NCBI GenBank assembly: GCA_021794175.1
Contig: JAJYRI010000004.1
Span: forward strand, 667 to 64,666
Length of the DNA: 64,000 bases
Direction of reading: 5' to 3'
From: a bacterium
Lineage (GTDB): Bacteria; Vulcanimicrobiota; Vulcanimicrobiia; Vulcanimicrobiales; Vulcanimicrobiaceae
Part shown: one piece after another, positions 47,249 through 57,477 of the stretch
Layout: each line of letters starts with the position of its first letter
Numbering within the stretch: the stretch's first letter is position 1
Notes under the pieces: model-generated
The model's input: the letters and a program-made list of their open reading frames with translations, nothing else
The model's database searches: none
What the model was told of the DNA's origin: nothing
Made by a program: the position numbers and the translations under genes

Positions 47249-47470
47249 ATGCCGCGTCCCATCATCGATACCGAATCGAGTCGCCCGATCCATCGCCGTC
47301 GGGTGCTCCGGCGCGTGCTTGTCCTGGTGGCGATCGCCCTGATTGCGATTATTTTGGTACTCTGGGCGCTCCATCGAGCACCCGGCGACCGGTCGAGCCA
47401 AGGAAAGATCGGGGCGGGGCGGAACCTGAACCAGCTCGCTCTCAAGGAGACTTCATGCTTCGTCGTTTAA
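47249..47470 (+). CDS. small single-pass membrane protein, hypothetical
   Basis: AAGGAG lies 9 nt upstream of the ATG. One TM helix VLVLVAIALIAIILVLWAL. Confidence 0.45.
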   Translation: MPRPIIDTESSRPIHRRRVLRRVLVLVAIALIAIILVLWALHRAPGDRSSQGKIGAGRNLNQLALKETSCFVV

Positions 47471-48576
47471 CCCTCGGACTCGCCGCCATCAGCGTCGCAG
47501 TCGCGGTCGCCGCGTGCAATTCCAGTACGGCAACCAACCTCAACATAGGCCCGAATTTTGCGACCTCGACGCTCTACGCGACGAATTCTTCGCTGAACGC
47601 CGTCGCGATCTTTACATCGACGACCGCCTCGTTGACCACGCCTAGTTATCAAATCGGCGGCGCATCGACGACGCTGAACGCCCCCCAGTACCTCGATTTC
47701 GATTCCACGGGAAATCTCTGGGTCACGAACTATAATGCGAGTACCGGCTCGTCATCGATTCTTGAGTTTCAAGCGCAGGCAACGGGAAACGTCCTTCCGT
47801 ACGCGAGCTATCTCGGCTCCTCTCTCGGGGCTCCGGAGCCGCGTGGGCTCGCGATCGAGCGTGCGCAGAACCTTATGGCGGTGACGACGCTCAATCCGGC
47901 GTCAGTCGCCCCGAGCCAGTTGTTAATCTATTCTCTTTCGAGCGGATCGCCTGCGCTTGCAGACGATATCGGCGGGCCGTCGACGTTGCTGAATATCCCT
48001 ACCGGGGCAGCTTTTATTTCCGGAAACTCCGTCATCGTTGCCAATAGCGGCGATGCAACCGTCGCAACCTATACGCTTCCGTCACCGTCGCCCACCCCCG
48101 TCCCGACGGCCACGCCGGTGGCGACCGCAACCCCGAGCCCGACGCCGATCCCCTCGAGCTCACCGTCAGCGACCCCGTCGCCGACGCCGGTGCCGACCGC
48201 AACGCCGCTGGATCTCCCGCCGACCTCGACGATCGCCGGTGCTTCGACCGATCTTGGTTCGCCGCGTGGTGTCACGGTAGCAAGCAACGGCGCTATTTAC
48301 GTCGCCGATCCGTCGGCGGTCGGCATCGGTCCGGCGGTGCTCGTCTTTGCCGCGAACGCGAACGGAAACGTTGCGCCGACGGCGATAATCTCGGGCTCCT
48401 CCACCGGCCTCGTCGCTCCGACCGATGTCAAAGTCGATGCGAGCGGCAATATCTATGTCGCCGATAGCGGTGCGAACAAAGTCTTCGTATTCGCGCCGGG
48501 TGCGACCGGGAACGTTGCACCGAAGGCGTCGCTCTCGGTCGGAGGGACGGTCGTCGGCATCGCGCTGAGTCCGTAA
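47455..48576 (+). CDS. NHL-repeat / beta-propeller lipoprotein split by a Pro/Thr-rich linker
   Basis: AAGGAG SD and lipobox AVAACN. NHL-like blades (GNLWVTNY, PRGVTVASNGAIYVADP, PTDVKVDASGNIYVADSGANKVFVF). Central PSPSPTPVPTATPVATATPSPTP... linker. Confidence 0.65.
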   Translation: MLRRLTLGLAAISVAVAVAACNSSTATNLNIGPNFATSTLYATNSSLNAVAIFTSTTASLTTPSYQIGGASTTLNAPQYLDFDSTGNLWVTNYNASTGSSSILEFQAQATGNVLPYASYLGSSLGAPEPRGLAIERAQNLMAVTTLNPASVAPSQLLIYSLSSGSPALADDIGGPSTLLNIPTGAAFISGNSVIVANSGDATVATYTLPSPSPTPVPTATPVATATPSPTPIPSSSPSATPSPTPVPTATPLDLPPTSTIAGASTDLGSPRGVTVASNGAIYVADPSAVGIGPAVLVFAANANGNVAPTAIISGSSTGLVAPTDVKVDASGNIYVADSGANKVFVFAPGATGNVAPKASLSVGGTVVGIALSP

Positions 48577-48588
48577 CGTGCAGAGACG

Positions 48589-51240
48589 ATGAGCCAAGGC
48601 GAATCGCAGGGGCTCTATTCCGCGCTTGCGGCGCTCATCGCCGCAAGCGATCCGCAGGAGCGCGCCGATATTCTCGCGCGCGGCGTCGGCGATATCGCGC
48701 ATCCGCGGTTCTCTTCGGCGTTACTTTTCGTCGACGATGCGCTCGTCGTCTCGACCACGCCGGAGGGCGCGAGCGGCTTTCGCTTGCGCGATGGCTCGCA
48801 TGAGTTGCGGCGTCTTTTTCTTCACGCGCTCGCGCGCTTCGAACGCGGCGGCGTTTGCTTCGTTCCGCGCGATAAACAACGCGTTCTTGCCGGGGTTAGC
48901 CCGTCGGTCCTCGACTGCGATCTGCTTTTCATCCCGCTCATCGCTGCGCAAAAGACGATCGGCGTCGTAGCGATCGGCCTCGATGCCCCGCTCGACGAAG
49001 CTCTACAGGGCGATCTTGCCGCCTTCTGCGGCGTGGCGACGCACCTGCTGGATACCTCGCGTGCCTTGGCGGCCGCGCATCGGCTATCGCGCGATAGCCA
49101 ATTGTTGGCGATGGTCAACGAGCGTCTGCATAAATCGCTCGACCGGAAAGACGTCCTCGGCGGGATCGTTGCCGGCGTCAGGTCCGCGTTTAATGCCGAT
49201 ACCTGTACGATTTTCGAGCGCTCCGGAAACGCTCGCATCGTACCGGTGGCATCGAGCGCCCCGTTCGTCGATGCGCCGACCACCGCGATCGAGTTAGAGA
49301 GCGAATTACGTAAGGTGTTCTCGGGGCTGGCGGCGCGGCGCGACGATTATGACGCCGTACACGACGCGGCAAAAGGTGGAGCGCGCAGTGCGATCGGGGT
49401 GCCGTTCATCGTCGACGGTAAAATTGAAAACGCGCTCGTCCTCGAATCAGCACAGCCGCACGCGTTCGACGACGCCGATATCAGCGCGCTGCGATCGCTC
49501 GCGTTCCACGTCGGCTTGGCGTTATCGAACGCTCGCCTCTACGAACGCGAGCGAGCACGCAGAACGCAGGCCGAATCGTTGGAGCGTGTCGTGCGCATTC
49601 TTCGCGACACCCAGTACGTGGATGAAGTGTTGCTGGTATTCGTGGTTACCACGTCGCACGAGTTGCCGATCGATTGCTTTGCCTACGTTCTCGACGGCGA
49701 CGTGCTCGTTCGCCGTGCCATGCGTTCGCGCGATAGTTCCCGCGGCTTTACGCCGCTCGATCGCGTCGAACGCGCGGGATTGGAACCCTTTCTCGTCGTC
49801 GATGACCCCTCCGATTCGGCGCTGCTGCCGCGCGTATCGCGGGAAGCGCTTTTCGGAGATGGTTCCGGGGTCGTCGTTCCGCTGCGCATCGACGGGAATC
49901 TGTGGGGCCTCATCGCCATGCGCAGCGTCGACGGGGGCTTTACCTGGCCGCAAGACGAGCGGGCGATGTTCGTTCGCACGCTCGCCTCGCATCTCGAAAT
50001 CGCCCTGGCCAACGCACATGCATACGAACGGGAACGACGTCGCGCACAGGAACGCGAAACGCTCGCCGAGGCCGCGCGTACGATCCTCGGGCAAGTCGAT
50101 CTTCCGACGCTGGCAGAGGTGATGTCGCGCTTGGCGGCATCGCTCGTCGATGCCGAACAGGCCTGCGTTTTGCGCTGGATGGGCGACCGATACAGGGTCG
50201 TCGGTTCCTATGGAGGAGCGGTAGAGGATCTCATTGCTCGCACGGGCCTCGCCCTCGATATGCGCGTTACGCAGGCGATGGGGATCGGCCCGGAGGAGCG
50301 CCGTGTGCAACGCCTGATCGAAGGCGTCGGTTTTGCCGTCGCTCCGCTCGTCCACGGAGCGGGAGAGGGCGCGAACGACGCGATCGACGCTTTTCTGCTC
50401 GTTGGAGCGAAGGGCGACATTCGTTTCGGTCGGGATCGTTTGCGGTTGCTGCAGGAGCTCGGCGCGCTCACCGCACTTGCCTTGCGCAACCTCGAACTCT
50501 ACGCCGCGTCGACCGACGCGAATAGAGCGCTCCATGAATCGAACCAATTTAAGGACGACCTGCTGGCCATGTTGGCGCACGATTTCCGCGGGCCGCTGAC
50601 CGTCATCGAGGGATACTGCGAGCTCCTCATGGAGAACGCCAACACCAAGTCCGAAGAAATCGAAACCATCTACGCGCAAGCAAAACGGCTGGTGCGTCTC
50701 GCCGAAGATGCGCTCGCGCTCGCGCATTCGCAAGGCGAGAGTTTCGCCCTGGAGCAGACGCCGACCGATTTTGCGGCGTACGTTGCCGAAAATCTTACCG
50801 AGATTGCGCCGAATAATCCACGCGTCGTCTTCGCTCCGGGAGAAAGCGATATTATGGTCGAACTCGACCGGTCGCGCTTTCGGCACGTACTCGACAATCT
50901 TATTTCGAACGCCTTAAAATATTCCGGTGAAGAGATCGTCGTTCACGTGACAAAGAAAGGTGGGCGTGCGGTGCTCGACGTCACCGACCACGGCATCGGC
51001 ATTCCACAGGGCGATCTGGCAACGGTATTTACCAGGTTCGGACGCGGCAGCAACGCTCGCAATCGCGGCATCGAAGGCTCGGGTATCGGCCTCTACGTCG
51101 CCAAAAAAATAGCCGAGGCGCATCGCGGCAGCATTCAGGTGCGTTCTAAAGAAAATGCCGGGAGTACGTTCTCGGTCGATCTCCCCCTCATACCGGCGCA
51201 CGAACGTACCACAACATCTGACCTTTCTCGGAGTATATAG
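48589..51240 (+). CDS. cytoplasmic multi-GAF sensor histidine kinase
   Basis: No TM segment. Several GAF-like modules. H-box LLAMLAHDFRGPLTVIEGY, N-box LDNLISNALKYS, G-boxes DHGIGI and GSGIGL. Confidence 0.85.
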   Translation: MSQGESQGLYSALAALIAASDPQERADILARGVGDIAHPRFSSALLFVDDALVVSTTPEGASGFRLRDGSHELRRLFLHALARFERGGVCFVPRDKQRVLAGVSPSVLDCDLLFIPLIAAQKTIGVVAIGLDAPLDEALQGDLAAFCGVATHLLDTSRALAAAHRLSRDSQLLAMVNERLHKSLDRKDVLGGIVAGVRSAFNADTCTIFERSGNARIVPVASSAPFVDAPTTAIELESELRKVFSGLAARRDDYDAVHDAAKGGARSAIGVPFIVDGKIENALVLESAQPHAFDDADISALRSLAFHVGLALSNARLYERERARRTQAESLERVVRILRDTQYVDEVLLVFVVTTSHELPIDCFAYVLDGDVLVRRAMRSRDSSRGFTPLDRVERAGLEPFLVVDDPSDSALLPRVSREALFGDGSGVVVPLRIDGNLWGLIAMRSVDGGFTWPQDERAMFVRTLASHLEIALANAHAYERERRRAQERETLAEAARTILGQVDLPTLAEVMSRLAASLVDAEQACVLRWMGDRYRVVGSYGGAVEDLIARTGLALDMRVTQAMGIGPEERRVQRLIEGVGFAVAPLVHGAGEGANDAIDAFLLVGAKGDIRFGRDRLRLLQELGALTALALRNLELYAASTDANRALHESNQFKDDLLAMLAHDFRGPLTVIEGYCELLMENANTKSEEIETIYAQAKRLVRLAEDALALAHSQGESFALEQTPTDFAAYVAENLTEIAPNNPRVVFAPGESDIMVELDRSRFRHVLDNLISNALKYSGEEIVVHVTKKGGRAVLDVTDHGIGIPQGDLATVFTRFGRGSNARNRGIEGSGIGLYVAKKIAEAHRGSIQVRSKENAGSTFSVDLPLIPAHERTTTSDLSRSI

Positions 51241-51246
51241 CTCAGC

Positions 51247-53877
51247 ATGGCCTTCCTGAAAACGCTCTTCGACGCAAACGAACGCGATATCGCCCGTCTT
51301 CGGAAAACGGCGACCCTAGTCAACGGACTCGAAGCGGAGATCTCGGCGCTCGACGACGAAGCATTGCGCGGCAAGACCGCGGAATTTCGCTTGCGGCTCG
51401 ACCGCGGAGAAGATCTCGACCATCTGCTTCCCGAGGCCTTCGCGGTCACGCGGGAGGCGGGGCGCCGCGTTTTGGGGATGCGTCATTTCGACGTCCAGAT
51501 CATGGGCGGTCAGGTGCTTTACGAGGGACGCATCGCCGAGATGCGGACCGGTGAGGGAAAGACGCTCGTCGCAACGTTGCCCGTTTACGCGCGCGCGTTG
51601 GTAGGGCGCGGCGTTCACGTTGTAACGGTGAACGACTATCTGGCACGCCGCGACGCAGAATGGATGGGCCCGCTCTATCGCTCGCTCGGACTCTCCGTCG
51701 GAATCGTCCAGCACGGGCTGGAACCGACCGAGCGACGCGAGGTCTACGCTTGCGACATCACCTACGTCACCAACAACGAAGTCGGGTTCGACTACCTCCG
51801 CGACAACATGGCGTGGCAGAAGGAAGACCTGGTCCAGCGCGATCTCTACTTTGCCCTCATCGACGAAGTCGACTCGATTCTCATCGACGAAGCGCGCACG
51901 CCGCTCATCATCAGCGGGCCGTCGCAAGAATCGACCGATCTGTACGGGAAGTTCGCTCAAGTTATCCCTCGCTTGAAAAAGGGCGAGGACTATACGGTCG
52001 ATGAGAAAGCGCACGCCGCTCCGATCACCGAAGCCGGCGTAGCAAAAGTCGAAAAAATGTTGGGCATTTCCAACTTATACGACCAGCGCAATATCGAGCT
52101 CGCGCACCAATTAAACGCCGGCTTGAAGGCATGGAACCTTTTTCATCGCGACCAGCAATACATCATTAAAGACGATGAAATCGTTATCGTCGATGAATTT
52201 ACCGGCCGCCTCATGTACGGCCGTCGCTATTCCGACGGTATCCACCAAGCGATCGAAGCGAAAGAAGGCATCAAGGTTCGCGGCGAGGACCAGACGCTGG
52301 CCACCATCACCTTCCAGAACCTTTTCCGGCTCTACGATCATCTGGCCGGTATGACCGGAACGGCAAAAACCGAGGAACGAGAGTTTCGCGAGATCTACAG
52401 CCTCGATGTCGTAACGATTCCTACCAACATGCCGATGGTTCGTAAAGACTATCCCGATATCGTTTTCAAGAGCGAAAAAGCGAAGTTTGAAGCGGTGGTC
52501 AGTGAGATCATCGCCGAGCACGCAAAGGGTCGCCCGGTTCTTGTCGGTACGCGCTCGATCGAGAAAAGCGAGTTGCTGGCCGGGAACTTGCGTCGCAAAG
52601 GCGTGGAGTGCAACGTCCTCAACGCAAAGTATCACGAGCAAGAGGCCGATATCATCAAAGATGCCGGCAGCTACGCCCAAGTGACGATTGCCACGAACAT
52701 GGCCGGTCGCGGCACCGACATTAAGCTCGGCGAAGGCGTCGCCGACATCGGCGGGCTACACATCATCGGCACCGAACGTCACGAATCGCGACGCATCGAT
52801 AACCAGTTGCGCGGTCGTTCGGGGCGGCAGGGCGACCCGGGGTCGACGCGCTTTTATCTCTCGCTCGAGGACGAAGTTATGCGGCTCTTCGGCGGCGACC
52901 GCATGACCTCGATGATGGACCGCGTCGGATTTACCGACGAGGCGCCGATCGAGTCGAAACTCGTCTCGCGCAGCATCGAGCACGCACAGAAGCGCGTCGA
53001 GAATCATAACTACGAAATCCGCAAACACGTTCTCGAATACGACGACGTAATGAACAAACAACGCGAGATCATTTACGCCGATCGCCGTGCGATTTTGGAA
53101 GGCACGTTCGACTCTCGGTCGTTTATGTTGCAGACGCTTGCCGCGAAGATCAACGAAACGATCGAACAGAACGTCGCGGAGAACGCGCACCCCGGCGACT
53201 GGGATCTTCCCGAGGTTCTCAACGAGCTCGAAATTATTTTTCCGATCAAGCAGAGCGTAACGCTCGAAGAGCTCGGGCGCCACGATCGCGAGGGTATTCG
53301 TCGATTGCTCAACGAGCGCGCCGTCGAAGCCTACGAAAAGAAAGAAACCGAAGTCGGCCCCGATATGATGCGGATCGTCGAACAGCGTTTCTTACTGCTG
53401 CCGATCATCGATCGCCAGTGGGTCGACCATCTCTACGTGATGGATCACCTCAAGAACGGTATCGGGTTACGCGGCTACGGACAGATCGATCCGCGCGTCG
53501 AGTACGAAAAAGAGGCGTTCGAGATATTCGAGGACCTGAAAAACAATATCGCTGACGAGGCGATCAAAGCGCTCTTCCACGTCCAGATCGAATACGGTGA
53601 AGAGCAGCCCGACGGGGCACCGATATCGCTCCATGGCGGGCAGGGCGAGGCCGAGGGCGGACATCTCTCGGAGCGCGACGTCGAGGCGTTGCTCGGACCG
53701 ATGCCGGGAGGCCCGCGCCCGAATCGGGAGATGCGGACGAACCTCGCGAGCGAGGAGCCGGCGAAGCCGCTGCATCGCGACCAACCGAAGGTCGGCCGCA
53801 ACGATCTCTGTCCGTGCGGAAGCGGAAAGAAATATAAGAAGTGCCATGGCGCCCCCGGAGCAGCTGCGCTAAGCTAG
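51247..53877 (+). CDS. secA: preprotein translocase ATPase SecA
   Basis: [47 protein letters not shown]-terminal zinc motif [14 protein letters not shown]. Confidence 0.97.
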   Translation: MAFLKTLFDANERDIARLRKTATLVNGLEAEISALDDEALRGKTAEFRLRLDRGEDLDHLLPEAFAVTREAGRRVLGMRHFDVQIMGGQVLYEGRIAEMRTGEGKTLVATLPVYARALVGRGVHVVTVNDYLARRDAEWMGPLYRSLGLSVGIVQHGLEPTERREVYACDITYVTNNEVGFDYLRDNMAWQKEDLVQRDLYFALIDEVDSILIDEARTPLIISGPSQESTDLYGKFAQVIPRLKKGEDYTVDEKAHAAPITEAGVAKVEKMLGISNLYDQRNIELAHQLNAGLKAWNLFHRDQQYIIKDDEIVIVDEFTGRLMYGRRYSDGIHQAIEAKEGIKVRGEDQTLATITFQNLFRLYDHLAGMTGTAKTEEREFREIYSLDVVTIPTNMPMVRKDYPDIVFKSEKAKFEAVVSEIIAEHAKGRPVLVGTRSIEKSELLAGNLRRKGVECNVLNAKYHEQEADIIKDAGSYAQVTIATNMAGRGTDIKLGEGVADIGGLHIIGTERHESRRIDNQLRGRSGRQGDPGSTRFYLSLEDEVMRLFGGDRMTSMMDRVGFTDEAPIESKLVSRSIEHAQKRVENHNYEIRKHVLEYDDVMNKQREIIYADRRAILEGTFDSRSFMLQTLAAKINETIEQNVAENAHPGDWDLPEVLNELEIIFPIKQSVTLEELGRHDREGIRRLLNERAVEAYEKKETEVGPDMMRIVEQRFLLLPIIDRQWVDHLYVMDHLKNGIGLRGYGQIDPRVEYEKEAFEIFEDLKNNIADEAIKALFHVQIEYGEEQPDGAPISLHGGQGEAEGGHLSERDVEALLGPMPGGPRPNREMRTNLASEEPAKPLHRDQPKVGRNDLCPCGSGKKYKKCHGAPGAAALS

Positions 53878-53991
53878 CGTGCTGCGCCGTTGGGCGCACG
53901 AGGTGTCGCTTGGCAAGCGAGGAGAGCGTGAGAGTTCCGGCGGCGTCGCTGACGCGTCCGGAGCTCTCATTTGTCGTATGTGAGGCTCGAT

Positions 53992-54900
53992 TCAGAGCCG
54001 CGTATAGCGGATTCGCGGGTCGAGAATCGGCGGTGGCATCGGAATCGGTGCCCCGATTGCTTGCGGTGGATTCTGCGTAGCACCGTTGACGAGATCGCCG
54101 CCGAGATCGATATTCTGCGCGGTTGCGCGGACGTCGACGCCGGTTCCGTTCCGAGAGAGCGTCGTCGAGATATTCCCGCCGTTGCCGTCATCGACATCGA
54201 CCTGCAGCGAGCCGTCGGCGTTCCAACGAATATCCTCGCCGGGAAGCGAGAGATTCTGTCCGGGTGCCAGCGCGGTCGTCGTTCCGTTCTGCGCGATCGT
54301 TGCGCTCCCATCGGCTGCGTAGGTGAGCACGCTGCTGCCGCCGTTGGTCGTGATGCTCGCCGACGCGTTGTAGCTAACCCCCTGGCCGTTGGGCAGCGTC
54401 GGGGTCGTCGATATCGTAAATCCGCCGGGAACGGAATCGGAATCGAGGAGATCGCCGTGCCCGGACATCGAGTCCCAATGGCCGGCATAGCTCCCCGCGG
54501 CACTCTGTCCGGAGAAGCTGAGATGAGGATCCCCGGTCGACGCGCCGCCCGCACTCGAGAAGTAGTTCTCGGGGCTGGGCGGCGCATTTACCGGACCCGT
54601 CGGCATACCGCCGCCGCTGAGCAGCGAACCGAGCATGCCGATGAGCTGCATCAACAGGTTCGAGATCCCCGCTAACGGACCGGGCACGGTGGCGGCGCCG
54701 CCGCCGTTCTCTCCGGCAACGAGCGAGCCGAGGATTCCACCGCCTTCGGAGAAGCCCGGCGGGAGAAAGCGTGCGATGCCGTCATTCGTGCCGGCGTTCC
54801 CGAACGCGCCGGGGTTCTCGATCGCCTGGAGCGGGTCTGCCAGCGAGGAGAGTCCGCCGAGAAAATTGGGCATCGTCGTGTGGGTGTTGAAATCGAGCAT
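53992..54900 (-). CDS. glycine-rich hypothetical protein with a GDPH autoproteolysis-type motif (MIIA/DUF1521- or VWD-like)
   Basis: GGAGG lies 4 nt upstream of ATG 54900; the longer track ORF would overlap prfB. ...GASTGDPHLSFSGQSAAGSYAGHWDSMSGHGDLLDSDS..., with the GDPH codons at 54523-54534. No signal peptide. Confidence 0.6.
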   Translation of the reverse strand: MLDFNTHTTMPNFLGGLSSLADPLQAIENPGAFGNAGTNDGIARFLPPGFSEGGGILGSLVAGENGGGAATVPGPLAGISNLLMQLIGMLGSLLSGGGMPTGPVNAPPSPENYFSSAGGASTGDPHLSFSGQSAAGSYAGHWDSMSGHGDLLDSDSVPGGFTISTTPTLPNGQGVSYNASASITTNGGSSVLTYAADGSATIAQNGTTTALAPGQNLSLPGEDIRWNADGSLQVDVDDGNGGNISTTLSRNGTGVDVRATAQNIDLGGDLVNGATQNPPQAIGAPIPMPPPILDPRIRYTRL

Positions 54901-54993
54901 GGTGCCTCCATCGAGTAGTGCTGCCTCTCGTTCACGCGCGACTGCCATGTTGGAAAGGTGCCCGCGCAGAAATCGAGAAGCGACCGCGCCGCC

Positions 54994-56119
54994 ATGAGCC
55001 AAACGCAAAGAACCTCGATCGCCGTCTGTATCGCTCGTCTTGAAGGCCTCAAGGAGCGTCTTTGACTATGCAGGTAAGGCGCGCCGCGCCGCCGAGCTCG
55101 ACCAGCGTTCGCGCGAGGGAGGCTTTTGGGAGAATGCCGGGTCAGCGCAGCGGACGATGAAAGATCTTGCCGACCTCCGCGAGGAGCTCGGCACGATGGA
55201 CCGTATCGGGGCGGCGCTCGCCGATGCGCGCGAGATGCTCGATGTTTTCGGCGACGACGAAGATGCACAAACAGAGATCGATCGCAGCATCGCACTCTGC
55301 GAACGCGACCTCGATGCACTGGAAATGGCGGCGAATTTCGACGGCGAGTTCGATAACCACGGCGCCATCGTCAGCATCTTCGCCGGTGCGGGCGGTGTCG
55401 ACGCCGCCGATTGGACGCAAATGCTCCTACGGATGTATTTACGCTGGGCGGAGGGGCACGGCTTTCAGACGCAGTTAGTCGAAGAATCGCCGGCGGAAGA
55501 AGCCGGACTGAAATCGGTGACATTCTTCGTGCGCGGCCGAAACGCATACGGTATGTTGGAGAGCGAGCGCGGCGTTCATCGCTTAGTTCGGCTCTCGCCT
55601 TTCGATCAGGCCCATCGGCGTCATACCTCCTTTGCCGCGGTCGACGTCATCCCGGAGATCGCCGATGAAGAGCATGGGGAGGTGGCGATAAAGCCCGATG
55701 AGGTGCGGATCGAGACCTTTAAGTCCGGCGGTTCCGGCGGCCAGTACGTGAATAAAACAGAATCGGCGATTCGCATCATTCACGAACCGACCGGCATCAT
55801 CGTGGCCTCGCAGCAAGAACGTTCGCAAGCGCAGAACCGCGAAGTCGCGATGAACATCCTACGCGCAAAACTCGTGCAACGAGCTGCGCAAGAACGCGAC
55901 GAACGTCTCTCTTCCCTGCGCGGCGAGCGACAGGCCAATGAATGGGGGTCGCAGATTCGTTCGTATGTGTTGCAACCATACCAGTTGGTAAAAGATCACC
56001 GTACCAACGTGGAAGTCGGCGACGCGCAGGGCGTACTCGACGGTAATATCGATACCTTCATTTGGCCCTACCTGCAGACACGGCGCGCCGCCACCGGCGC
56101 GACATCATCGTCGGCGTGA
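54994..56119 (+). CDS. prfB: peptide chain release factor 2, expressed through a programmed +1 frameshift at 55063
   Basis: Frame 0 from ATG 54994 reads MSQTQRTSIAVCIARLEGLKERL, then TGA at 55063-55065. The +1 frame continues DYAGKARRAAELDQ.... SPF and GGQ motifs are present. Confidence 0.9.
55051..55066 (+). promoter_or_regulatory. prfB: prfB frameshift cassette: internal SD AAGGAG - cgt - CTT TGA C
   Basis: Read directly in the sequence. It matches the canonical RF2 autoregulatory site. Confidence 0.85.
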
Positions 56120-57477
56120 AGCAACGGTTACCGTGGGCGATCGCCGCGGGATACGCGCTTCTCTTTACGTTGCTAGGGGCGTGGCGTTACGCAGCGCACC
56201 GTAATCTCGTCGATTTCGGAATTTTTGCGCAGAGCTTGCGAACGAATTTTTTCTGTCTCTGCAATCCGATTGAAGGCAGCCACTGGGCGTTCCATTTTTC
56301 GCCGATCCTCGCTGTCCCGATGCTGCTGCTGCATCTCTGGGACTCGCCGTTGGTGCTCGTTATCATTCAAGCAGCGGCCTGCGCGTTGGTTATTCCCGCG
56401 GTCTATGCCATTGTCGAGCGTAACGCCGACGCGCGTACTGCCGCGATAGCGGCGTGGATCGCGGCACTCTATCCTCCGCTCGCCGGGCTGGCGTTCGTGG
56501 ATTTTCATGAAAACGTCTTCGCGCCGGCGGCGGTGCTGTGGTTGTTCTGGGCGCTCGATGCCCGTCGCTTTCGGTCCGCAGCCGCGTTTGCCGTTCTCGC
56601 GCTTGCCGTGAAAGAAGATCAAGCGCTCTTCATCGGTTTCGCGGCCTTCGCGGCTGCGTGGTGGCTACGGGGCGATACGACGATGCGGCGCTTTTTACTT
56701 GGAATCGGCGCGCTTGCCGTCGCCGTCGCCGCCGTTTTCTTCCTCGTCATCGCACCGCATGCCGGCACGAATCCGGCTTGGCAGCCGACGCGTTTCTATG
56801 CCTGGAACGCGAGCGATTTCGCCGCGCTTCCGGGCACGTTGGTCGAGCGGATCGGATTTCTCGTTCTCGCTCTTGCGCCGTTGGCGTTCGTTCCGTTGCG
56901 CTCGTCGGTGGCGCTCTTCGCCATCCCACCGCTTGCCGAAGTGCTTCTTTCGCGTATGCCGACGACATTTACGATGGGGACGCATTATGCCGGCGCCTGG
57001 ATCGGTTATATCCTCGCGGCATTTGCCTTTGCCGCGCCGCGCGTTTCGCGCCGCACGCTCTACGTTGCGCTCGCCCTCTGCGCGCTGGAGTTCGCCGTCG
57101 CCGATCCCTTGCATCCGGCATTGAACCTGCGACCGATCGAGGCGCGAGATCGCGCGCTCGATGCCTATCTCGCGCGGTGGCCCGCCGATCTCCCCGTCGC
57201 AACGCAAGAAGAAGCCTACGGCCATCTCGCTCTGCGCGTCGCGCGGGCGACGTTATTACCCGACGACGCCGCCGCACCGCTTCCGAGCGATATCGTCTTG
57301 ATCGATCGTGCCTTTCCTCATTCGCCGCGACTGCAGGAAAATGCGACCCGTCTTGCGGCGCTTGAAGCGCAGGGGAAACTGCGGGTCGCCGTCAGGTGCG
57401 GGAAGATTCTCGTAATGACGGTAGGGACGAGAGTGCCCGTTGCGGCCATTCCGCGTTGCCCTCGAGCGTCACGCTAG
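56116..57477 (+). CDS. DUF2079-family polytopic membrane protein (putative glycan polymerase or transferase)
   Basis: GTG 56116 overlaps the prfB stop (GTGA). Many TM helices. RNLVDFGIFAQSL...HFSPIL is the DUF2079-like N-terminus. Confidence 0.6.
   Translation: MKQRLPWAIAAGYALLFTLLGAWRYAAHRNLVDFGIFAQSLRTNFFCLCNPIEGSHWAFHFSPILAVPMLLLHLWDSPLVLVIIQAAACALVIPAVYAIVERNADARTAAIAAWIAALYPPLAGLAFVDFHENVFAPAAVLWLFWALDARRFRSAAAFAVLALAVKEDQALFIGFAAFAAAWWLRGDTTMRRFLLGIGALAVAVAAVFFLVIAPHAGTNPAWQPTRFYAWNASDFAALPGTLVERIGFLVLALAPLAFVPLRSSVALFAIPPLAEVLLSRMPTTFTMGTHYAGAWIGYILAAFAFAAPRVSRRTLYVALALCALEFAVADPLHPALNLRPIEARDRALDAYLARWPADLPVATQEEAYGHLALRVARATLLPDDAAAPLPSDIVLIDRAFPHSPRLQENATRLAALEAQGKLRVAVRCGKILVMTVGTRVPVAAIPRCPRASR

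Noticed and set aside
49522-50886. 454-aa minus-strand ORF inside the histidine kinase gene
   Set aside because: It is antisense to the GAF and HisKA region, and it has no SD or domain signature.
53971-54675. 234-aa plus-strand ORF opposite the GDPH-motif gene
   Set aside because: It is Arg-rich mirror-frame sequence. The minus-strand frame has the better SD (GGAGG), a coherent domain-like sequence and normal composition.
57392-57477. 86-bp convergent overlap of the DUF2079 and GT9 genes, and a similar ~90-bp overlap of nth with ORF 1529-2050
   Set aside because: These are probably just late stop codons in GC-rich sequence rather than functional antisense coupling. I cannot decide this from the sequence alone, so it is not promoted to a finding.
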